A DNA stretch of 63,616 nucleotides, counting the filler. It is 6 parts of 6 records of this genome, joined end to end, with 100 filler letters (N's around TTAATTAATTAA, not from the genome) between each part and the next. Parts side by side here need not be neighbours in the genome. Positions count along the whole stretch, not along the records: positions 24,723 to 49,357 come from SRR31156797_45522; 5 more parts are not named here. The stretch is one strand, 5' to 3'. The translations under genes were made by a program, and so were the position numbers. Shown here in pieces: positions 27,489-37,530 of this stretch (within the stretch, counting starts at the first letter, position 1; every line of letters begins with the position of its first letter). The notes under the pieces are model-generated. The model was not told where the DNA came from, made no database searches, and saw nothing but the letters and a program-made list of their open reading frames with translations.

Positions 27489-28889
27489 TCAGTACCTGTT
27501 TGTTTCGTGGTCGACGATGGATTCCGCCAACCTGTTTGTTCCTTTTTCCAGTTCATGAAGCATATCTTTGCGTGTGGCTGCTACAGCGGCCACGCGCCCT
27601 AGAAAAGTTCCGGCTTTTACCAGAACATCTTCTCCTGTGTGTTCAAGGATGATGTGCCCGCGAAGTCCGTCGATGGCCGCCTGAGTGAAAAGAGTGCGCT
27701 CTGGAAGACTTTGTTTGATTTCGCTAGTGGTGACAACATCCGTTTCTACTTTGTGATTGAAGGTTCCCCAGTGAAGGTCACCGTTGATGATGGCGTCAAA
27801 GTCGGGTGTCTCCTTGTCTGTGGGGAGTTTGTCATGGAGTACAGCATGTGCTTCCATGTCAAACAGGTTGGGAGATCCTTCTGGAAGCAGTTGCTCCAAT
27901 GCGCTGCAAAATTCCATGGTCGTCCCCTGTTTGCGCGCGTTGACTTCGATGAAAAAGATGTCTTCGTTTTCGGTGACGATGTAGTCGCATCCATAGATGC
28001 CTCGGAAACCCAGCTTCCCGAGTTCTCGACCTATGGCCGCGGTGTAATTTCGAAGATCTGTCTGTACGTTAGCAGGCAGTATGGATGGGAACGTTGAACC
28101 TCGGAATTTATTGCCATCCACAATATTCATGTCCGCAACACCGGCCACATATACTTCGTTTTCATTGCCGACAACGGCTAAAACAGTCGGGTCGTGTGTG
28201 TGCGGCGCGTATCCGCTTATAAGGTAATGTGTCTCCGGGCAGGAGAAACGACCGAGCGCGTCTTCGGCGCATTGGCAAACCATGCTTTGAGCACCGCCCG
28301 CACTGTGACTTGCCGAAACGAACATGCCGTGAGGCGAACGACTCCCAAGTTCCTTGAGGCCTTGTTCCAGAGCCTCGGCGCCGCAGCAAATCATGAAGTC
28401 AACCACTGGGGCTACTTTGGAAAAGGTCTCGTACTGCCACGTTTTATCGTTGAGGTGTTCAATTAGGTCAGCTCTTGGGCCGAGCAGAGTGATTTTCCCC
28501 TCATGGCCAAGGTTCAGCTCTGGGCGGCTTTCAAACATCCAGACAAAAACATGATCCTGTTGCTTAAGTAGGGTCTGCAGCAATTCTTTTATGTATGTCG
28601 ATTCTGATAGTTCTCTAGAAAATGTCGACATGGGGGTACGATAAGCGACCTTTTGCCCAGCGGTCTCTATTTCTTTTTTTGCGGTCGGATTGAATACTGC
28701 GAGGTTACTGAATGCCGTAGTATCGATAAGATCGGGAGCGATTGAAATGGCTTTAAAAGGGGTGTCGAACTCACGCTCAAGCGCTTTGGCGACAAAGTCG
28801 TTGAGTCCGTAAGCTTTTAACTCTCCGATAAAAATGAAATATGTGACGCTAGGGTCCAGATGAATATTCGTAAAATGCAGTTCGTCCAT
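27489..28889 (-). CDS. ATP-grasp domain protein (putative amide/peptide ligase)
   Basis: NDK, HSAGG loop, GFRGIYGCDYIV...FFIEVNAR (D...ExNxR). The stop is 1 nt before the aminomutase start. Confidence 0.82.
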   Translation of the reverse strand: MDELHFTNIHLDPSVTYFIFIGELKAYGLNDFVAKALEREFDTPFKAISIAPDLIDTTAFSNLAVFNPTAKKEIETAGQKVAYRTPMSTFSRELSESTYIKELLQTLLKQQDHVFVWMFESRPELNLGHEGKITLLGPRADLIEHLNDKTWQYETFSKVAPVVDFMICCGAEALEQGLKELGSRSPHGMFVSASHSAGGAQSMVCQCAEDALGRFSCPETHYLISGYAPHTHDPTVLAVVGNENEVYVAGVADMNIVDGNKFRGSTFPSILPANVQTDLRNYTAAIGRELGKLGFRGIYGCDYIVTENEDIFFIEVNARKQGTTMEFCSALEQLLPEGSPNLFDMEAHAVLHDKLPTDKETPDFDAIINGDLHWGTFNHKVETDVVTTSEIKQSLPERTLFTQAAIDGLRGHIILEHTGEDVLVKAGTFLGRVAAVAATRKDMLHELEKGTNRLAESIVDHETNRY

Positions 28890-29191
28890 GTCTGGTCAGT
28901 GCTTTTTTATACGTTCTACAGGTATATTCTTTCAATTTAGCTACAAAAGCTGATATGCGATTAACAGAAAACCATCGGTCTGTCTCTAATTTTGGAATAA
29001 CCCGTTGCGAAAAAAAACGTTTTTTGGTAAATCGTTATGTCGGCTAGTAATTTTATTCGTCTCGTTTGACGGAAGTGGAAAACTGGCTGTTATTGTGTTT
29101 TTGTGGAAAATTTTGTGTTTTTATTATGGGTCGGGCTTTGAGAGGGGCTTGATCGATTGGGTTAACTTTTTTTGTTCTGGAGGAACTGAGA

Positions 29192-30160
29192 ATGAAAAAA
29201 ATTCTGTACGTGGCCATGCTGCTTTGCTTGGGTTACATGCTCACCGTTGTCCCCGCTTCGGCTGGTAAAACCAAATTTGTGACCATCGGTACCGGCGGTA
29301 TCACTGGCGTTTACTACCCGACTGGTGGCGCTATCGCCAAAATAGTGAACAAGAAAAAAGATGTCTACGGCATCCGTGCTACAGTTGAGTCCACCGGCGG
29401 TTCCGTGTTCAATGTCAACGCCGTCATGGCTGGTGATCTTGAATTTGGTGTTGTGCAGTCCGACCGCCAGTACCAGGCCTTCGAAGGTATTGCAGAATGG
29501 GATGGCAAGCCTCAGAAGAAACTGCGTGCAGTTTTCTCCATTCATCCCGAGTCCGTGACTCTGGTCGCCGGTGCTGACACTGGTATCAAGGGCATCAAGG
29601 ACCTCAAGGGCAAGAAAGTCAATATCGGTAACCCCGGTTCCGGTCAGCTTCAGAACTCCAAAGATGCTTTGGCTGCTGCCGGTTTGACTCTTGATGACAT
29701 TGACGCTGAAAAGGTCAAAGCTGCGGAGGCCCCTGGCCTGCTGCAAGATGGTCGTATTGATGCATTTTTCTACACCGTTGGTCATCCCTCCGGCGCGATT
29801 AAGGAAGCATGTGCTGGCGCTCGTAAGGTGAACATCGTGCCTATTACTGGCGTGGATTCCCTGTATGAAAAGTTCCCTTACTATGCTCCTTCCGTTATTC
29901 CCATGAAGAATTACCCCAGCGCAGCCAATGCCGGTGCCGATGTGCCTAGCTTTGGTGTGAAAGCGACCTTCGTGACCTCCTCTGATGTCCCTGATGAGAT
30001 TGTGTATGCTATCACCAAGGAAGTCTTTGAGAACTTTGAAGAATTCAAGAAGTTGCATCCCGCCTATGCTGTCCTGACCAAGGAAGGCATGCTGCAGGGT
30101 CTGTCCGCTCCGATTCATCCCGGCGCAATGAAGTACTACAAGGAAGCAGGCCTCAAATAG
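29192..30160 (+). CDS. TAXI-family TRAP substrate-binding protein
   Basis: IGTGGITGVYYPTGG, STGGSVFN, GNPGSG, PIHPGA.KYYKE; signal peptide. Confidence 0.95.
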   Translation: MKKILYVAMLLCLGYMLTVVPASAGKTKFVTIGTGGITGVYYPTGGAIAKIVNKKKDVYGIRATVESTGGSVFNVNAVMAGDLEFGVVQSDRQYQAFEGIAEWDGKPQKKLRAVFSIHPESVTLVAGADTGIKGIKDLKGKKVNIGNPGSGQLQNSKDALAAAGLTLDDIDAEKVKAAEAPGLLQDGRIDAFFYTVGHPSGAIKEACAGARKVNIVPITGVDSLYEKFPYYAPSVIPMKNYPSAANAGADVPSFGVKATFVTSSDVPDEIVYAITKEVFENFEEFKKLHPAYAVLTKEGMLQGLSAPIHPGAMKYYKEAGLK

Positions 30161-30182
30161 GTCATTCTTCTTACGCATTATC

Positions 30183-30210
30183 GCGACCGGGCGGCTTGCT
30201 GCCCGGTCGC
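30183..30210 (+). other. Intercistronic stem-loop after the TAXI binding-protein gene
   Basis: GCGACCGGGCGGC-TT-GCTGCCCGGTCGC. Confidence 0.55.
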
Positions 30211-30307
30211 ATCTTGCGCAGGCCGAACCCGGCCGTGCTGCCGCCGTTTGCAGGGGAGCTTGCAAGCGGTTCTTTGATTTTTCGCCACAATAGCGACCGA
30301 GGGAGAA

Positions 30308-32389
30308 ATGGAAGATAAGACTTTAGACGACAACAATGTAAAAGGGGTGGAATACGCCCGCGAGCTGGCCGAGGCCGAACATGGTCTGCAAGGCGATAGC
30401 GTTGGTGTGACCAGAACATTGACTATTGCCATTGCTATCATGTGGTCATTGTTTCAGCTTTCCATCGCCAGCTGGCTGATTATGGATACGCTGTATATTA
30501 GAGCTTTCCATTTGGCGTTCGCAATTTTGCTCGTCTTTTTAAATGTACCCATGATGAAGGGGAATCCCAAATGGCGGCCTGACCTTCGGTTCCTCATGGT
30601 CATGAATCGCGTGACTATTCTCGACTATATTTTTGGTATATTGGCTGCTTTTGCGGCTTTGTATATATTTATTGATTATGACGGTATTTCCATGCGCTAT
30701 GGCGCGCCGACCACCAGAGATATCCTTTTCGGGTTGATGCTGGTCGGTTTGCTGCTTGAAGCCACACGGCGTGTCATCGGGCCTGCATTGCCTGTGATTG
30801 CCATTCTGTTTTGCGTGTATGCGTTTCTCGGGCCATATATGCCTGACGTCATTGCGTTTAAAGGGGTGTCCCTGAATCGATTTATCGGCCAGATGTCCAT
30901 GAGTTCGGAAGGTATCTACGGTATTCCGTTAGATGTTTCAGCGACCATTGTTTTTCTGTTCGTGTTGTTCGGGACCATGCTGGAAAAAGCAGGGGCCGGT
31001 CATTTCTTCATTCAGTTGGCTCTGTGTGTTCTCGGTGGGTTCAAGGGTGGACCGGCCAAGGCCGCAATTCTTGGTTCCGGTTTGACCGGGATGGTTTCCG
31101 GTTCATCGATCGCCAATATTGTGACCACGGGTACTTTTACCATCCCGCTGATGAAGAAGGTGGGCTACCCGCCGACCAAGGCTGGTGCTATCGAAGTTGC
31201 TGCATCCACTGATGGACAGCTTGCTCCGCCTATTATGGGCGCTGCTGCTTTTATTATCGCCGAATATGTGAACGTGCCATATATCGAAGTCGTTAAAGCG
31301 GCTGCAGTTCCTGCCTTTGCTTCATACGCAGCGTTGATTTACATCTCGCATATTGAGGCATCGAAGCTCGGATTGTCCGGCATACCGCGTGCTGAATTGC
31401 CGAAGTTTATCCCGACGCTTATGTCTGGACTACATTTTCTCTTGCCACTCGGCATGCTTCTCTACGAACTGATTGCCTTGCGTCATTCCCCGGAATTGGC
31501 TGCTTTTCGGGCGATTCTCGTGCTTATGGGGATCATGTTGTTGCAAAAGCCGATCAAGGCGAAACTTGCCGGACAGCCGCTTTTCCCAGCCATCAAACAA
31601 AGTGTGAAGGATATTTTTCTTTCCATGGCTGAAGGAGCGCGGAATATGGCCGGTGTTGCCATGGCAACCGCTGCGGCCGGTATTATTGTCGGTGTTGTGG
31701 CCCTTGGACTTGGCGGATTGATCACACAGATCATCGACGTCTTGTCCGGTGGCAACATCTTCCTGATGCTTGTCATTACGGCCATGGCGAGTTTGCTTAT
31801 CGGTATGGGGCTGCCTACCACAGCTACTTATATTGTCATGGCTTCGCTTACGGCGCCGGCCATTGTCAGTATCGGTGGTTTACAGGGCTTTCTCGTGCCG
31901 CTTATGGCAGCGCATTTGTTCTGTTTCTACTTTGGTATTCTGGCGGACGATACTCCGCCGGTTGGTCTGGCTGCGTATGCTGCTGCGGCCATTGCCGAGG
32001 CGCCGCCCATACCAACGGGATTGCAGGGATTCATGTATGATATTCGTACGGCCATTTTACCGTTCATGTTCATATTCAACCATGATCTGATTCTGCATAA
32101 CGTGGACAGTTGGCCTCAAGGTCTGCTGATCTTTGGTATGGCGTGTGTCGGAAACTTTGCGTTTGCTTCGGCGACACAAGGGTGGTTCATTGCCAAGAAC
32201 AGGTTCTACGAGATACCTATTCTGCTTGCCATTACCATGGTTATGTTCAGGCCGGATCTTATTTCCAGATTGGTTGGTCTGCCATATGACATGCGCTACT
32301 GGGTCTATCCGGTTGGTTTGATTCTGTGGGGTGTGATGTGGGTGATGCAACGTCCCAGACAACAGAAGGCCGACGCCGTCGCGGCGTAA
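30308..32389 (+). CDS. TRAP transporter fused 4TM/12TM permease (TAXI type)
   Basis: GGPAKAA, SGSSIANIVTTGTFTIPLMK, GMGLPTT, ADDTPPVGLAAY. Confidence 0.95.
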   Translation: MEDKTLDDNNVKGVEYARELAEAEHGLQGDSVGVTRTLTIAIAIMWSLFQLSIASWLIMDTLYIRAFHLAFAILLVFLNVPMMKGNPKWRPDLRFLMVMNRVTILDYIFGILAAFAALYIFIDYDGISMRYGAPTTRDILFGLMLVGLLLEATRRVIGPALPVIAILFCVYAFLGPYMPDVIAFKGVSLNRFIGQMSMSSEGIYGIPLDVSATIVFLFVLFGTMLEKAGAGHFFIQLALCVLGGFKGGPAKAAILGSGLTGMVSGSSIANIVTTGTFTIPLMKKVGYPPTKAGAIEVAASTDGQLAPPIMGAAAFIIAEYVNVPYIEVVKAAAVPAFASYAALIYISHIEASKLGLSGIPRAELPKFIPTLMSGLHFLLPLGMLLYELIALRHSPELAAFRAILVLMGIMLLQKPIKAKLAGQPLFPAIKQSVKDIFLSMAEGARNMAGVAMATAAAGIIVGVVALGLGGLITQIIDVLSGGNIFLMLVITAMASLLIGMGLPTTATYIVMASLTAPAIVSIGGLQGFLVPLMAAHLFCFYFGILADDTPPVGLAAYAAAAIAEAPPIPTGLQGFMYDIRTAILPFMFIFNHDLILHNVDSWPQGLLIFGMACVGNFAFASATQGWFIAKNRFYEIPILLAITMVMFRPDLISRLVGLPYDMRYWVYPVGLILWGVMWVMQRPRQQKADAVAA

Positions 32390-32407
32390 GCGTACAAGGA
32401 GACTCTT

Positions 32408-32806
32408 ATGCCTGAGCTTGATGATTACAGGAAAATGGTTCAATGCGAGCGGTGCCTTGAAACCTTCTCGGCTGATCTGGAAAAATGTCCTGTTTGTGGA
32501 TGTGACGATTTGATTGGTTATAAGGTTCAAAATCCTTTTTCACGGTTGCCTATGGAAAGGGTTTTGCCTGCCACTGGTCATTTGATGTGGATAGTGGGCC
32601 TTATCGCCTGTTTCGTTTTGTTGTGGAATACCAATACGGACGACTCAACGCGGAATTGGATGTTTGCTTTGGCCGGTTTCGGGGTGCTGTTATTCAGCAC
32701 TGTCGTTTCCGTAACTCTGTTCGGACTCGGAGAATTGCTTAAGCGAGTGATTCGGATTCAGCGAAGGGTGCGTGCGTTTATGCAGGACCAAGCAAATCAC
32801 GAATAG
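32408..32806 (+). CDS. Hypothetical membrane protein with N-terminal zinc ribbon
   Basis: CERC...CPVC plus two TM helices; AAGGAG RBS. Confidence 0.7.
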   Translation: MPELDDYRKMVQCERCLETFSADLEKCPVCGCDDLIGYKVQNPFSRLPMERVLPATGHLMWIVGLIACFVLLWNTNTDDSTRNWMFALAGFGVLLFSTVVSVTLFGLGELLKRVIRIQRRVRAFMQDQANHE

Positions 32807-32827
32807 TCATTATTGAGTGTTAATGAA

Positions 32828-32856
32828 GGGGAGCCTCTGTGGGCTCCCCTTTTTTT
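32828..32856 (+). terminator. Rho-independent terminator
   Basis: GGGGAGCC-TCTGTG-GGCTCCCC followed by a T run. Confidence 0.85.
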
Positions 32857-33065
32857 GTGGGAAAGTGAAATGAAGTGAAAGTGACAAAGATGTGAGAGGG
32901 CCTTGGAGTAAGTGTCATGAAAGCAACTGTATCTTGACTTTTTTCGTTTTTTGGACAATATTTTCTTTCTGTTCAAGAAGCTCTGCCCGACTGTCGGGAT
33001 ACGTGACATGTCGGCGGACTTTTTTTGTTTTTTCCCCAAAATTTACTCTGAGGAGCAATCTTCAA

Positions 33066-33794
33066 ATGGCAATGATAGAAGTGCAGAAACTGCACAAGTG
33101 GTATGGCGATTTTCATGTATTACAAGGTATTACAGAGTCCGTGAATAAGGGCGAGGTGCTGGTAATCTGTGGTCCCTCTGGCTCCGGTAAATCCACCTTT
33201 ATCCGCTGTATCAATCGGTTGGAGGAGTATCAGAAAGGTCAAATCCTTTTTGACGGCAAAGATATCCTGGATAAGGACGTCAACGTCAACGATTTGCGAG
33301 CTGAGATCGGTATCGTGTTTCAGCAGTTTAATCTGTATCCCCATCTGACAGTCCTGAAAAATGTGACCTTGGCACCTATCAAGGTCAAGAACGTTCCTAA
33401 GGAAGAGGCCGAAAAAGTCGCCCTCAGCCTGCTTGAACGCGTTGGTATTCACGATCAGGCACATAAATACCCCGCTGAGCTTTCCGGTGGTCAGCAGCAG
33501 CGTGTGGCTATCGCCCGCTCTTTGGCCATGAAGCCAAAGGTTATGCTTTTTGACGAGCCGACCTCTGCTTTGGACCCGGAAATGATCAATGAGGTCCTCA
33601 ACGTCATGAAGGATTTGGCCCGCGAAGGCATGACCATGCTGTGCGTTACCCACGAAATGGGTTTTGCCCGTGAAGTGTGCGACCGTGTGCTGTTCATGGA
33701 CGGCGGTGTCGTGGTGGAGCAGGCTCCGCCGGATGAATTCTTTAAGAATCCCCAGCACGAGCGTACGAAGAACTTCCTGAAGGAAATTCTTTAA
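33066..33794 (+). CDS. Polar amino acid ABC transporter ATP-binding protein (GlnQ-like)
   Basis: [28 protein letters not shown]. Probable start MAMIEV at 33066. Confidence 0.95.
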   Translation: MAMIEVQKLHKWYGDFHVLQGITESVNKGEVLVICGPSGSGKSTFIRCINRLEEYQKGQILFDGKDILDKDVNVNDLRAEIGIVFQQFNLYPHLTVLKNVTLAPIKVKNVPKEEAEKVALSLLERVGIHDQAHKYPAELSGGQQQRVAIARSLAMKPKVMLFDEPTSALDPEMINEVLNVMKDLAREGMTMLCVTHEMGFAREVCDRVLFMDGGVVVEQAPPDEFFKNPQHERTKNFLKEIL

Positions 33795-33835
33795 TCGGTA
33801 TATACATTGAAACTCTAAGAGAGAGGAGAGGGTTA

Positions 33836-34642
33836 ATGAAACGGTTGGTAATTATTCTGGCTTTGGTGCTGTCATTCATGTTTGCCGCGAGCATTGCTTC
33901 CGCAGGCAAGATTGAAGATGTAAAAGCAAAAGGTGTGCTGACGTGTGGCGTCAAGGACTCCGTAAACCTGTTTGGTTTTATTGATGCCGATTCCAAGGAA
34001 TTGGTCGGTTTTGACATTGATATTTGCAAATACATTGCTTCCAAACTTGGCGTGAAGACTGAGTTCAAGGTCGTCACCTCCAAGAACCGTATTCCTATGC
34101 TGGTTCAGGGTTCCGTGGACATGGTCGCCGCTACCATGACCCATAAGTTTTCCCGTGATGAGCAGATTGACTTTTCTATCACCTACTTCATGGATGGTCA
34201 GAAAATTCTCGTGAAGAAAGGCTCCGGTATTGCTTCCGCTGCTGATCTTGCGAACAAGAAAGTTGGTACCGTCAAGGGTTCCACCTCTGAAAAGAACATC
34301 AAGAATGCACAGCCCAAGGCACACGTCATTTCCTATGATGAATACCCCCAGGCTTTCATGGCTTTGAAGCAGGGCAAGGTCAAAGCTGTGACCACCGATT
34401 CCGGTATTCTTGCTGGCCTCAAGGCCGGTGATGACAATCCTGAAAAGTGGGAAATCACTGGCGAATTCATCGCCTCTGAGCCTTATGGTCTTGGTTTGCC
34501 CCAGAACGATTCCGCTTTCCGCGATTTCGTTAATAAGTGTCTCAATGAGATGTGGTTGGACGGTACTTACCAGAAGCTGTTCAAGAAGTGGATGGGTTAC
34601 GACCTTCCTGAAGGTTGGACCATCGAACTCTGGCCTATGTAA
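33836..34642 (+). CDS. Amino acid ABC transporter substrate-binding protein (Glu/Asp PEB1-like)
   Basis: Signal peptide, GFDIDI, NRIPML..G.VD, YF.DGQ, EPYG motifs. Confidence 0.93.
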   Translation: MKRLVIILALVLSFMFAASIASAGKIEDVKAKGVLTCGVKDSVNLFGFIDADSKELVGFDIDICKYIASKLGVKTEFKVVTSKNRIPMLVQGSVDMVAATMTHKFSRDEQIDFSITYFMDGQKILVKKGSGIASAADLANKKVGTVKGSTSEKNIKNAQPKAHVISYDEYPQAFMALKQGKVKAVTTDSGILAGLKAGDDNPEKWEITGEFIASEPYGLGLPQNDSAFRDFVNKCLNEMWLDGTYQKLFKKWMGYDLPEGWTIELWPM

Positions 34643-34723
34643 GGCTTAGATCGATTGATATGCCGGGAGTGCCAAGAGTGCTCCCGGCTTTCCCTTCTTT
34701 CAACAGCAACCCTGGATGGAATT

Positions 34724-35491
34724 TTGGATTATAATTTTCAATGGGCCAAAATGTTTTCCGGCGAACCAGCCCAGTGGATGTGGGAAGGTTTCACCACGAC
34801 TTTGCAGATATCGTCGATCGCTTTGGTCGGGGCGATGTTGCTTGGGATTTTTATTTGTGTTTTGCGGATGACACCCTTCAAGCCTCTGCAGTGGCTTGCT
34901 CTGGCTTATACAGAATTTTTCAGGAATACTCCGCTGCTTGTGCAGATATTTTTCTGGTACAATGCTTCGCATTTCGTCATCCCAGAGGGCATTAATGAGT
35001 GGATGAATGACCTTTACTACTGGTTTCCCGGGCCGTTTGCATTTCTTGGTCATGAGTTCGTTGGCGAGTGGGTTCTGTTCAACGTGGAGTTGATTACGGG
35101 TGTTATCGCTTTAACCGTCTACACGTCGGCTTTTATAGCTGAAGAGATTCGGGCAGGTATTTTTTCCATTCCCAAGAATCAGCTTGAGGCGTCCCGTGCG
35201 GTCGGCCTCTCCTTTTTGCAGGGCTATCGGTATGTAATTTTGCCTCAGGCTTTACGTATCGTTATTCCGCCGCTCATTTCACAGGCATTGAATCTGATCA
35301 AAAATTCATCGTTGTGCATGGTTATCGGTGTGACCGAAATGATGTTTCAGGCGACTCAGATTGAGTCCTACCATGCAATTCCGTTTGAGGCGTTTTCCGT
35401 AGCTTTGATGATCTATCTGGCTATCTCCCTGGTGGTTTCGTTCTGCATCACCATGTACAACAAGCACTTCATGATTCAGGTCATGTACTAG
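34724..35491 (+). CDS. Amino acid ABC transporter permease
   Basis: FRNTPLLVQ, AEEIRAGI, VILPQA, KNSSL. Probable TTG start at 34724. Confidence 0.92.
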   Translation: MDYNFQWAKMFSGEPAQWMWEGFTTTLQISSIALVGAMLLGIFICVLRMTPFKPLQWLALAYTEFFRNTPLLVQIFFWYNASHFVIPEGINEWMNDLYYWFPGPFAFLGHEFVGEWVLFNVELITGVIALTVYTSAFIAEEIRAGIFSIPKNQLEASRAVGLSFLQGYRYVILPQALRIVIPPLISQALNLIKNSSLCMVIGVTEMMFQATQIESYHAIPFEAFSVALMIYLAISLVVSFCITMYNKHFMIQVMY

Positions 35492-35500
35492 GGGGCGGGC

Positions 35501-36217
35501 ATGCATTGGGATATCGTCATAGACAACTTTGATTACTTTTTGTGGGGGCAGACCAAGTTCGATCTGGTCTTTCCATTCATTCATGATGTGGGCGGCATGT
35601 TGTCCGCTATTATCATGGCTGGTTTGGGTATTTTCGGTGCGTTTTGGATCGGCATGGCCGCGGGGCTTATGCGCCTTTCCAAGCGTTGGTGGCTTAAATT
35701 TCCCGCTGTCGCTTATATAGAAATGGTTCGCGGCATGCCGTTATTGCTGCTTATCTTTTGGTTCTTTTTTCTGGCTCCGGTCCTTATTGGTCAGTCCTTA
35801 CCTGCATTTTCGACGACCGTATTCTGTTTTATGATCTTTACCGGTGCCTATGTTGGTGAAATTGTACGTGCTGGAGTACTGGCTTTACCAAAAGGCCAAC
35901 TTGAAGCGGCGCGTGGTTCGGGTTTGTCTCAAGTGCAGGCTATGAGGTTTGTCATTTTGCCTCAAGCTCTTAGAAATATGATTCCCTCTTTTGTGAATCA
36001 GTTCGTTTCTTTGACCAAAGATACGTCTTTGGCCGCTATTCTGGGTGTAAACGAGTTGACTCGTACAGGTGTTCAGGTGGATAATCGAGAAATGGTCGCT
36101 TCATTTGAAGTGTGGATTACCATTGCCGGTTTGTATTTCCTGTTGTGTTATATCCTGACTTCCTACAGCCGACGTCTGGAGGCTCAGTTGTCTCGTTATC
36201 AGGCAAGGGATCGTTAA
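35501..36217 (+). CDS. Amino acid ABC transporter permease
   Basis: RGMPLL, EIVRAG, QLEAA, VILPQA, KDTSL. Confidence 0.92.
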   Translation: MHWDIVIDNFDYFLWGQTKFDLVFPFIHDVGGMLSAIIMAGLGIFGAFWIGMAAGLMRLSKRWWLKFPAVAYIEMVRGMPLLLLIFWFFFLAPVLIGQSLPAFSTTVFCFMIFTGAYVGEIVRAGVLALPKGQLEAARGSGLSQVQAMRFVILPQALRNMIPSFVNQFVSLTKDTSLAAILGVNELTRTGVQVDNREMVASFEVWITIAGLYFLLCYILTSYSRRLEAQLSRYQARDR

Positions 36218-36360
36218 GGCTGTAAGGGCGATCGCCCGGAAATTTGTAAGAATCGTACTGAGACGGTCCGGGGATTGTGTAAAATATATTCCTGACCGTC
36301 TCTTTTTTCATAAAAAAAGATTTTAAAATGAGAAAAAATTGTACCTCAAGGGAGGCTGTT

Positions 36361-36999
36361 TTGGCAGAGATAAAAATTCAGAATTTTAAAAAACCGGAAG
36401 ATATAGAGTCAGAATCGTTTCGAATCATTGATTCGGAGGTTCCAAAGCCACGTCCATTTTCTGGTGCGAAATGGGAAATTGTTCGTAGAATGATCCATAC
36501 AACAGCGGATTTTGAACTTCTCAATTTGGTCAGATTCCAAGCTGGTGCTGTAGAATCAGGTGTCGCTGCGGTAAAGAATGGTGCCACGATTGTTACTGAT
36601 ACCGAAATGGCTAAACGAGGTATGCCGGTTCGGCGACTGGACCCGCTGGGTTGTACTGTTCATTGTTTAATCAATGATAAGCGGGTGGTAGAGCGCGCTC
36701 AACGTGAGGGTATTACTCGAGCAAAAGCTGCGGTTGATGTTGCCGTGGCTGAAGTGAAACCGGAAATATATGTAATTGGAAATGCGCCAACGGCGCTCAT
36801 TCGGCTTGTGGAACACGTTGATAAGGGGACAGTCTCTCCTGCGTTAGTGATAGGAATGCCTGTTGGATTTGTGAATGCAGCTGAATCCAAGGCGTTGCTT
36901 ATGAGTCGAAATATTCCCTATATTTCCATCGAAGGACGGAAAGGCGGGAGTGCTTTGGCGGCTTGTGTTATTAATGCAATGGCGGTTATGGCGTTGTAG
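36361..36999 (+). CDS. cbiC: Precorrin-8X methylmutase
   Basis: IE.ESF.II, RRMIHTTADF, IGNAPTAL, PVGFVNAAESK, GRKGGS. Probable TTG start at 36361. Confidence 0.95.
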   Translation: MAEIKIQNFKKPEDIESESFRIIDSEVPKPRPFSGAKWEIVRRMIHTTADFELLNLVRFQAGAVESGVAAVKNGATIVTDTEMAKRGMPVRRLDPLGCTVHCLINDKRVVERAQREGITRAKAAVDVAVAEVKPEIYVIGNAPTALIRLVEHVDKGTVSPALVIGMPVGFVNAAESKALLMSRNIPYISIEGRKGGSALAACVINAMAVMAL

Positions 37000-37020
37000 C
37001 TTTTTTGATTTTTAACTGAT

Positions 37021-37061
37021 AAAAAATGCGCTTTGGATGAAATCCTGAAGCGCTTTTTTTT
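37021..37061 (+). terminator. Rho-independent terminator
   Basis: GCGCTTTGGAT-GAA-ATCCTGAAGCGC followed by a T run. Confidence 0.7.
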
Positions 37062-37239
37062 GTTTTTTCATTTTAAGTTTGTAAAGGGTACTCAAGAATT
37101 TTTGAAAAACGCTGGACACGAGGGGAAATCCTGCTAGGAGTTCAATTGAGTATCTTGAAAAAGTGATACGTATGAGAATGACATTTTTGTAAATTCAGGG
37201 ATGCGACCTGAAAGAATCTTTCACGAGTTGGAAGGAGCT

Positions 37240-37527
37240 ATGGCTAGAAAAAACAAAGGGAAGAACAAAGTTACCGTGTACCCGGACTGGTGCAAAGGCT
37301 GCGGCATCTGTGTCGAGTTTTGTCCGGGTAAGGTACTTGAGTTGAATGATCAGGGGAAATCCACGGTTGTTCACGAAGAGAACTGTATTCGTTGTGGCTT
37401 TTGCGAGCTGCATTGTCCCGATTTTGCCATCGTGGTTAAAGACAAGGATCCCGACAGCGGTAAAAAAGCTGCCAAGGAAGCGGAATCCAAGGCTGCCAAA
37501 AAGAACGTAACCGGGAAGGGGGCGTAG
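37240..37527 (+). CDS. korD: 2-oxoacid:ferredoxin oxidoreductase delta subunit (2x4Fe-4S)
   Basis: CKGCGICVEFCP and CIRCGFCELHCP. Start 37240 after AAGGAG. Confidence 0.88.
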   Translation: MARKNKGKNKVTVYPDWCKGCGICVEFCPGKVLELNDQGKSTVVHEENCIRCGFCELHCPDFAIVVKDKDPDSGKKAAKEAESKAAKKNVTGKGA

Positions 37528-37530
37528 ACG

